A DNA stretch of 32,890 bases from Asterionella formosa (Eukaryota): assembly GCA_002256025.1 (NCBI GenBank), contig NKIB01000402.1, forward strand, positions 1 through 32,890. Reading direction: 5' to 3'. Of this stretch, positions 24,888-32,890 are shown piece after piece (the stretch's first letter is position 1; each line of letters begins with the position of its first letter). The translations under genes were made by a program, and so were the position numbers. The notes under the pieces were generated by a model. That model searched no databases and had not been told where the DNA came from. It saw nothing but the letters and a program-made list of their open reading frames with translations.

Positions 24888-25869
24888 TCAACCTCAGTGC
24901 CGCAATTTTTAATTGCATCAACACAACATCCTACCTTGTGGACAGTAAAATCATCCATAAGAAGGTGAGTAGGCTCACCGCCTTTTCCCAACGCAAATGG
25001 TTGCCAAATTTTTTCGATCCATTGTAAAAATATGTCTGTATCAACCCAAGCTTTGGGTTGACAAGCGTATTTAATACCGACCGGAAAAAGAAGTTGATTG
25101 TTGTCTAGTAATCACAATTGCCTGGAAATACGTCCATCCCTTGTTCCTGTAAATACAATGAATGGTGGCAACTTCTCACCACTCATTGTCACCCCTAACA
25201 ACACAGTGCAACGGTTCGAATTTCCTGTGGTTCGAAGCCCAATGGTCCTTTTGCCTCGGGTTGCCAAAGTCCTTGATCCAAACATGTCAAAATTGATGTT
25301 CGTCTCATCGATATTGACAATGTTTCCGGCAGGAAATTTGAACGCAGCAATTTGGTTGTTGATGTAGGAAACAAAATCTTGAATTGTCTCCTGGTCCAGC
25401 CTTGTATTTTGGGTGACACGAGTCACACGCCTAATGACAATGTCCTTACGGGCAAGCCAGCGCTTGATCCGTTTTTCAAGTGCCTTCAGTGACACATTTT
25501 CGTTCCCAGGTTGCCTCTTAAGCTCAACACTGAGCATACTGGTGGTGCAGACCCTATCTTGAAGCCGCAACTGGTCGAAAAGAGTCTTCAATCCTTCAAA
25601 CTCAGCAGCACTTTTTGGAGAGCGACCCGAGTGAGCGATATTTTCATCAACACCTGCCTCTGAATCAAAACTTCTTCCTGCAGGGGAATCTCCGCCACCT
25701 CCGCCGGAACCTCAACCATTGCACCATCCAGCATGGACTTCCAGCTCCGGATCTGCTTTGGCTGAACCAAATATGCTCTGGCGGTTGCCTTGATATTATT
25801 GGGCTTGCTGTATGCTTCCACAGCAATATTTTTCTTTTGCCTGATGCAGAGAGATTTTTTCGTTGTCAT
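24888..25869 (-). pseudogene. pogo transposase, N-terminal and central part (Brinker-like HTH, CENP-B/Tc5 HTH, DDE_1 domain)
   Basis: MTTKKSL...NIKATARAYLVQPKQIRSWK; RIKRWLARKDIVIRRVT; IVNIDET; RCTVLLGVTMSGEKLPPFIVFTG; CQPKAWVD; HLLMDDFTVH. Frameshift near 25640 and an in-frame TGA at 25112-25114. Confidence 0.93.
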
Positions 25870-26394
25870 GATGATGATTCCATAGAAAATGATTTGGTTG
25901 GCTAACCTCAATTTCTATCACGATCAGATTTGTAGAACCTACACAATTTATTACATCGTAGAATCAGGTACAAATTGTACACACTCTAGAAATTTCTGTT
26001 GAAGTCATGACGAAACTTGGGCGTGCCAGTGCTCCAAATATAGAAATTCAATGGATCCTAGAAGCCGATTGAACCTTAAAGCAATATATCTTTTAATGTT
26101 GCTATTTATGTTTTAGAATATGGAGAAAACGGTGGTGAAGTTGGTTTTTTCATAAATTTTGACAATCAAAAAAGGTCCAATGTCTTGTACTCCCCTCTAA
26201 GTACAATCAGTCGTGGCTGTGTACATTGGGGGATACAAGACACCATGTTTAACGGTACTACTTCATTGGAAGTCTGACCGGCTCACCAATTCCGAAATGA
26301 TGAAAAATCTCAAAATATTTCCATTTATTTATATTACCTGTAACCGTTATCAAGTTTCAAACGGAAAAGCGCTGCCACCTTTCACAGCAGAATC

Positions 26395-26560
26395 GCTGAC
26401 TACCAACTTCAACTTGCTGACTGTGGACTTCTGGTTGCTAACTGCTGACTTGATTTGCTGAAAATTTGAAATATTTGCTGACTGCTGACTTCATTTGCTG
26501 ACTGCTGACATGAAATCGCTGACTGCTGACTTCAACTTACTAACTACTGACTTCAAGTTC
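26395..26560. repeat. Degenerate ~20-21-bp minisatellite (GCTGACTGCTGACTTCAACTT-like) inside the outer element
   Basis: About 7-8 imperfect units containing GCTGAC/GCTAAC. Confidence 0.85.
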
Positions 26561-26908
26561 ATTTTGACAATAAAACGAGTAACGGCTTAACGTCTAAGTA
26601 AAAAATATATAAAGAATAACGGAGTAGCGCAAAATTTAGGGGTTCGACAATTTTTGGGGGTGTACCCCTGCCTTTTCTCATATGTGAACCGATGAACAGA
26701 AAACGAGCAACTTGCACGCTATGTGTGTTGATTACCAGACCTTCCGGGGGGTCTAGCAACCATAGGGGGGTCCAGGACAATGAAGTATACGGTACATAAT
26801 ATTAGCAAGTGCCGGTCATTTTGCTGAAATGGACAAGGTGATGCAGGACAGCAGGTGCTCAAAACAACTAAATAGAGAATGTCATCAAGGATCTAAAGCA
26901 TCCTCACG

Positions 26909-27130
26909 ATGGCGGCTGATGATGAGGCATCTGTACAATTGCCCACGTTTGATAAACAAGAGTCGAAGTGGCACATTTGGAAATCAAAGTTTGTTGCATA
27001 TGCATGCTACAAGATTTTCGACGGTATCCTAAATGGTGAAGAGGCTTCACAAGGAGAGAAGGACTCCAAGGGACAAGTGATGGTTGAGTAGACAGATGCT
27101 CAAGAAAAATGCATAAGGCGTAACACCATG
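26909..27130 (+). pseudogene. Ty1/copia gag N-terminal fragment
   Basis: LPTFDKQESKWHIWKSKFVAYACYKIFDGILNG fits the copia gag F....W..W..KF.A.A..K....IL.G pattern. The frame decays quickly and no LTR was identified. Confidence 0.6.
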
Positions 27131-27956
27131 TCAAGAATATGACAGATGAGGATGAGTTACGTTTTGTTTTTACATGATCTGAAAACAACCTGGCAGAGAT
27201 TATGACCACCAAGAACATCAAGGAACAAATTGAAATGAGATGTTCTGCATATGTACTGGACTGTACTATACTAACTATTTTGGAGCTTATTGGAAATGCT
27301 AATTAGGAGGATGTCAAAGAATAAAGTATCAATGGCTATTATGAGTCACAAGAATTTTGGACTCGATTATAGTCCAATGAATCAAATGGAGCATTCCCAT
27401 GTCAAGAAACTAGCTAATGAGATTGATGTTTCAGATCAATCAGATGAAGGTTTGCATCAACAAAAAGGGAACACGAAGAACAGGTTCTCATAGTATGATG
27501 AATGGGATTGAAACTAGGCTTTTAGAGTAAACTTATTAAATTTTGAAACAGTGAGAATTGACAGAGAAAGGTCAATAGCGAAAACTAGCGAGAAGGCTAG
27601 CAACGATAGTTATAAGTACAAGTACTACAACAGGTAAGTTCTACGTAAGGAGATACCCGTCAGACGTGAAGGAGTACGAAGCTTTTAACAACTAGCTACC
27701 AGTACGCAGATTAATAGGGTTCCCATCATGCATACTGCCGGTACCTGGTACACGGTACCAGGTGGTAGTGGTGCTGCCTTGATACTACAAATTGAGTAAA
27801 CCCAGGTATTACCAGGCTGTACATATTTGTTTGGCCATTTGTGTTGCCATGATGGACGACAGACTCACGATAAAAGAACAGAAGCACACATAATTTCATT
27901 TGATGCAATCGATGAACACATCTTCAACTAACAACTAAAAGCAAACAGCAAGCAAC

Positions 27957-28474
27957 ATGGTTCATCCAAAGCAGTAAGTACAAGTTCCGAGTGAGCGTCG
28001 TAGATTCTCGACGGCGGCCTCACTGATTGCGACCTCCCTGAGACATTGATGATACTGGCTTTGATGGGTAGCAAACAGTATGAGAAGCGATGACAGTTGA
28101 TGTGCATGGCATCAACTCCAAAGAAAGATCCAAATGCGGCACCGGACTATTATTTATCAAGGCATGAGATGTTTATTCTGGTTGTTTTCGTTAGCTCCTT
28201 CGTGTTGACTCATTTCATCTAAGCTTCTTTGTCGCTGAACCCTTTTGTCATCAAATAAAATAGAGACGACCACGGAAAAGGCGGAAAGGGAATGCCTGAA
28301 ACAACCGGATTGCAAGAAGGCAGTGCAAAGCGCAATATCAATCGCAAACATGATCATGATCCTAGTCAGAAGGCCAAGCCTCAACACGGGGGAGCAGGTG
28401 GAAAGGGCAAGTGGACCGATGTCGATGATGGGAGCATGATGGATAAGGACCTTGACAAAGAGGACGATGCATAA
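27957..28474 (+). CDS. Spliced 75-aa hydrophilic microprotein homologous to the N-terminal ribosome-binding motif of PDCD4. Exons 27957-27973 and 28264-28474
   Basis: CAAC-ATG start, GTAAGT donor at 27974 and TAG acceptor ending 28263. Product: MVHPKQDDHGKGGKGMPETTGLQEGSAKRNINRKHDHDPSQKAKPQHGGAGGKGKWTDVDDGSMMDKDLDKEDDA*. It aligns with KEDGSSRRNIIRKK...GGHGKGKWDDLMDGSL of the neighbouring PDCD4. Confidence 0.8.
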
Positions 28475-29207
28475 TCAACCCGAAAACAATATGGATACTA
28501 GAAAGAATCCGCATGACCATAGATGAGAATGCCATATGCACCTGCCTCCACATAACATATGCAAGTTTATTCTACAAGTATCCTACTTCTACATGGTATC
28601 AACTAGCAACTAGTTGCGAGGTTCTAAGGGTTTTTCTTAAAGCAAGAACATAATCCAATATGGGTCTTCTCAACCAAGTCGTCACCTTTTCCACATCCCT
28701 AAAGGAATAGTTCTGTATGACCATGATATCAACCATTGCGAAGACCAGCAAGTATCAGCCTCAACACGAACCTTCAAGTTGTTGTCTAGAGGTTCGGGAC
28801 TACCCTCGATCTGATGATATTCGATCTGCCGTGACTCGTACATACGTAACAGTTTCTACTTACTTGATGCCAAGAGGAGCACCTGCTGTGCTGATTGGGA
28901 CTTCGATCAATTCTTGCTGGTGTGAACGCTGCGAAGCAACAACATGATGATACGTATGTATGTATAATATGTTCAGCGAGGAACTACCAGTAGTGTTCTG
29001 CCCGCTCGTCCTCCGCAGCAGGGGGAGGAACAAATGGATCGAAGGACACCGAATTCCGCCCAATTTTCTCAAATCGGTTGACACTAGAGATGTCACAAAA
29101 AGTTGATGGCGTCGTGGAAAAATGCATTGCTTGTTGCATGTAGCGTGAACAATAAACGAAACACATGCATTCCTATTGGGTACCAGGGTACCTGGTACCT
29201 GGTACCA

Positions 29208-29296
29208 GCAAGTTGCGGTCATTTTGCTTAAATAAACAATTTAATCTCGGATAAAGATAGCTAAAGCTGTAGCTGAGCAAAATTACCGCAACTTGC
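29208..29296. mobile_element. MITE of the GCAAGTTGCGG-TIR family (89 bp)
   Basis: GCAAGTTGCGGTCATTTTGCT ... AGCAAAATTACCGCAACTTGC. Confidence 0.9.
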
Positions 29297-29331
29297 AGGC
29301 TTCGGGTAGTCTACCTGGTACCAGTACCTGT

Positions 29332-29423
29332 GCAAGTTGTGGTAATTTTGCTGAAACTAAAAGTTTAGATATCTTTATCCCATATATTAAATTGTTAGTT
29401 TCAGCAAAATTACCGCAACTTGC
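29332..29423. mobile_element. MITE of the GCAAGTTGCGG-TIR family (92 bp), opposite orientation to 29208
   Basis: GCAAGTTGTGGTAATTTTGCTGAAACTAA ... TTAGTTTCAGCAAAATTACCGCAACTTGC; the interior is the reverse complement of the other copies. Confidence 0.9.
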
Positions 29424-30002
29424 CCTAGTAAGTACAGTAATTTGGAATTTTTTTTTGACAAAAAATTAATATGATATTAAATGTTAAACCTAAATAAAAT
29501 AAATACAGACTGTACTGCACTACCGGTAGGTCCGAGGGACCTGGTACAGTGATTTACAAGTACTGGTACCAGGTACTACTTTTCGCTCATGCTTCTATCA
29601 TACCGGTACTAATGTTCAAAATCATTCATGCTGGCATATGATATGATGACATTGGACATCCTACTGTACATAATAAATACCGGTACAAGGTACTACCGGT
29701 ATTTGACCACTCACCGGCATTCTTTACATCGACGAGTTACGAGGTACCAGGTAAATTAAGATACTAGGTACATACAGTACTATACCTGGTACTTAGTACC
29801 TGGTACCAGGTACCTGGTTCCTAGTACTGGCATAAATGATGTCTGATAGATTTTCGTCACACCATCATATCGGTCTCTCTGATGGATTTCTCGTCGACAC
29901 TCTCTCACAATCAATACTGACACTGCATCCTTGATCGCTTTCGATCAAACGTCTCACTATACATCCATACCTCTCATCTCTCCGTCAGGAAACGTAACAA
30001 TC

Positions 30003-31704
30003 ATGGCTGAATTTGCAAAACGACCTGAAGTGACAGTTGAAACCATGGTACGTGCAGCATCCAGTCCACCTCCTGATGAGCTTATATAGTCCCTATGTAA
30101 TTACGAACATTATCGTGTGTTCGCTTCGCTGAAGATCCAAACTTTCAAATTCCGATTATAGATTTTGTTCTGTTGGAGTCATCAACAGCTAACTTTTTCC
30201 TTCACTTATCAATTCGTCAGGGCAAAGTCCACAATCCTACTGGGGAAGGCGTTCGTGCCGTTAGCGCGCAGGTCCAGCTGAAGTCGGCAAAGTTGACCCG
30301 TCAGTTGACCGATCCAGAGACTGATGATACACCTCCGCCAATGGCACAAATTAGTGTGCGCAAGACAGACGATCTCGAAACCAAAGTCAAGGAAGACGGG
30401 TCAAGTAGACGAAACATTATTCGCAAGAAAACAACGGTCGCCGATGGCAATTATTCTGCCAAAAACAAGAAACAAGGTGGCCACGGTAAGGGGAAATGGG
30501 ACGACCTTATGGATGGGAGTTTGGATGAATTCGTGCCCGCCATGGACGAAAACGATCCTCTCTATGACGAGACGGAGCAAGCTCCGTATATCTTGTCAAG
30601 TGGTGGGGCGGGAGATAAGCTAGATGGGATCTATCATGCACATTCGGATAGGCCCATTTACGGAAACTTGTTGACTTTGCCAGAATTCAAGATCCGATTG
30701 ATGGAGTCGCTTAGAGAATACTTCGACTCTGCGGACGGAGACGAAGTAATTCGATCAATTGAAGAACTCAAATCTAAAGAATATCATCCGGAAGTAGTCA
30801 AGAAAGCCATTTCCTTGTCGTTGGATGAAGGACCACGAGAGCGAGAGTTGGTCTCCCGGTTGCTGACACTCTTACACCCAACGCCTCTTTCCGATGAGGA
30901 CATGGCAGCGGGATTCGAAAAACTTTTGGACTCATTGGAGGATTTGAGCATCGATATTCCAGATGCGAAGGTAAGCGCGGTAGTCGTTGTCGTGTTTGCT
31001 TTTCCATTCCAAACATGGTATTCTCACCTCGACGATTCTTAAAGTGCATGGTTGGATCGTTCTTGGCTCGAGCTGTGGTTGATGAAGTTTTGCCTCCTGC
31101 CTTCTTGTCGACCGCTAACAATGATCGCCCCGGTGATCTTGTCATTGAAAAGGCGGTGTCGCTCTTGAGCAGAGAACATTGCACAGCTCGATTGGAACGA
31201 GTGTGGGGTCCGGGAGATGGGAGGCCAGTGGCAGAGTTGAAAGTAGTCTTGGATCAACTTCTCAAGGAATATTTGCTGAGTCGAGAGTTGGACGAAGCGG
31301 CTAGATGCGTTCGCGAACTGCAGGCGTCGCATTTTCATCACGAGCTCGTAAAGCGGGGTGTCACGCATGCCATGGAGTTTGCTGAGCCAAAGGAATCTTT
31401 GGATGCCATGGTAGCGCTGTTCGCGTTTTTGGTTGAAAATGCCATAGTTTCTGAATACCAAGTGGCTAAGGGTGTTGCTCGTCTCAAGAAACTGTTGCCA
31501 GACTTATCTCTCGATATTCCCTCTGCACCTGAATTGTTGAAGGACTTTGAAGATATGGCCAGGGAACGTGGTTGTCTGCCGACTCCATCAGGACAGAATG
31601 GTGTAGGCGAGCGTTCACTTTCCGTCGAAGAGAATGGTGTAGGCGAGCTGTCACTTTCCGTGGAAGAGATTGGAGTCGCCGACCAGAATTTCGATTCAGA
31701 TTGA
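30003..31704 (+). CDS. PDCD4: Programmed cell death protein 4-like translation repressor (two MA3/MI domains), 484 aa. Exons 30003-30047, 30221-30970 and 31045-31704
   Basis: GT-AG introns 30048-30220 and 30971-31044 give one open frame. Motifs GGHGKGKW, MDENDPLYD, LREYFDSAD, LEDLSIDIPDA, FLARAVVDEVLPP, VWGPGDG, LLKEYLLSRELDEA, FHHELVK and LPDLSLDIP. Confidence 0.93.
31595..31678 (+). repeat. 36-nt coding tandem repeat in the PDCD4 C-terminal tail (NGVGERSLSVEE / NGVGELSLSVEE / IGV)
   Basis: AGAATGGTGTAGGCGAGC..TCACTTTCCGT.GAAG occurs twice, plus a partial copy. Confidence 0.9.
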
Positions 31705-31889
31705 GTCTTGATAATTCGAAACTCCTGCATATAGTGACATTTTACGATGCATGTGTTTATACCATCCCAAGGTTCCATGAACATAAATTCTGTGAATGCG
31801 TCACACAACTGAAAATACTTCCACCATAAAAGGGCCACTAGGGCGTACTGAAATCAATCTAATAATACAAACTGATATTGCTCACGTCC

Positions 31890-32890
31890 ACTTGTCACTA
31901 CCCCTTCTCTAGCCAGTTGAAAATTCTTTCAAGAGCAATACATTTTTCCAGGGCAAGCAACTTCTGAACATCGGAATCCGCAAAATTTTAAGTGATCCAT
32001 GTGCGAGATGTGACACACTAAAGCAGATCTTTGACTCGCGTTGTCATGTCTCTGATCGAATAACGGATTTTAGATGGTGAAATGCAAACGAGTCCAACCT
32101 TGGAGACTGACGCCAAAGAGACCGAGACAAATGTGGAATTAGACAATGACAACCAAGTTCAGTGGCAACCGACGACTTAACACACCCAATAACACAACGA
32201 AAGCATTGTCAGTGTCTGGCCCTAAAACTAATCGATTGGCGACCTCAAGGGTCGCTGTGCCCACCATGTATGGGATTGCAGCTGGCATAAGTTGACAGTG
32301 TCGAATTCGAGTATGTCGGCATCGCCATGCACTTTTAAGACTGAAACTCGCTGAGATTTCCTCCAGTGGATTTGCAGAATTGTTCAAAATAGCGTCATGA
32401 CAAGATCGGGTGCCGAAAAGCACGCAACCTGGACATTTAAACTCCAAGTTATTCCGGCATTAGGAGAACTTTTTGCGTATTTGATGCTAGTTTGGGTAAG
32501 ATTAAATTTTTTTCATTACAGTATTGCTGATGCAGTATATCACTTGAACTGGCAAGCAGTTCATTGTTGGCACATTGCAATTACGTATTGTTTCCACAAA
32601 TCAAACTCGTAAAGCTGTCGAGGTATAGTTTTGAATAGTACAATTCTCACCACATTTATTGGGGATCACGATATTTAAGAACACCCACCAAGACGAACCG
32701 ACGATGCCTACCATGGATAGAATAACAGCCGCGATATACAATACAACTTGGATGCGAATGTGCTGTGGCACAGGTCTGTCAAAGTGCGAATGATCGATTG
32801 GATAATGCTCATTCAATTGCTTCATCTCATCTCCTTCCGTAACTTCCGCATGGCCTGAGATCAACTCATGGATACTTGGGGCCACGCAGT
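31890..32890 (-). pseudogene. 5'-truncated, apparently disrupted gene for a single-pass membrane protein
   Basis: ORF 32601-32885 has a TM helix (VVLYIAAVILSMVGIVGSSWWVFL). Protein-like fragments continue in changing frames with stops and no convincing introns. Confidence 0.35.

Larger units (their letters stand above)
17421..26255 (-). mobile_element. pogo-superfamily (DD35D, Passer-like) DNA transposon, ~2.44 kb once the nested insert is removed
   Basis: TA|CCGTAAAACCTGGTGTCTCGTATCCCCC ... GGGGGATACAAGACACCATGTTTAACGG|TA (28-bp TIR, 3 mismatches, TA TSD); encloses a split transposase and a second ORF. Confidence 0.92.
16756..26785. mobile_element. Outer TA-flanked TIR element (about 1.2 kb of own sequence) hosting the nested elements
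   Basis: TATA|CTTCATTGTCCTGGACCCCCCAATG at 16756 and CATAGGGGGGTCCAGGACAATGAAG|TATA ending 26785 (24/25 match). A third, inverted TIR copy lies at 16818-16838. Confidence 0.7.

Noticed and set aside
25588..25660. Programmed frameshift in the pogo transposase
   Set aside because: The element has other lesions (in-frame stop, second frameshift, insertion), so decay is the simpler explanation.
26395..26560. CRISPR-like array
   Set aside because: Degenerate adjacent units with no unique spacers, no cas genes, eukaryotic context; it is a minisatellite.
28700..29170. Short minus-strand ORFs between the microprotein and the MITEs
   Set aside because: No recognisable motif and no convincing splice model.

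Overview
Eukaryotic DNA, most likely from a diatom or related stramenopile. This is inferred from short GT-AG introns, a diatom-type 'LGDNPSC..G..I.IGW.Y' domain and diatom-type transposon relics. Host genes: a 5'-truncated two-exon hypothetical protein (1-1717), an Aa_trans amino-acid transporter (5942-7351), a PA-domain signal-peptide-peptidase-like protease (9672-11999, minus), a three-exon PDCD4/MA3 gene (30003-31704) and two decayed genes. A spliced 75-aa microprotein (27957-28474) lies ~1.5 kb upstream of PDCD4 and consists mostly of a stand-alone copy of PDCD4's N-terminal GG-GKGKW ribosome-binding motif. The centre (~12.2-27.5 kb) is dominated by transposon relics, including a three-level nest: a TA-flanked TIR element (16756-26785) contains a DD35D pogo/Passer-type element (17421-26255), whose transposase is split by a 6.4-kb TIR element with a 2-bp TSD (18493-24887). 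The pogo element also carries a second, convergent Cys/His-motif gene. Other elements are a ~90-bp MITE family, a TTAA-flanked Kolobok-like mini element and a copia gag fragment. There is a 647-nt assembly gap at 3814-4460. All family assignments come from manual motif recognition; no database searches were run.
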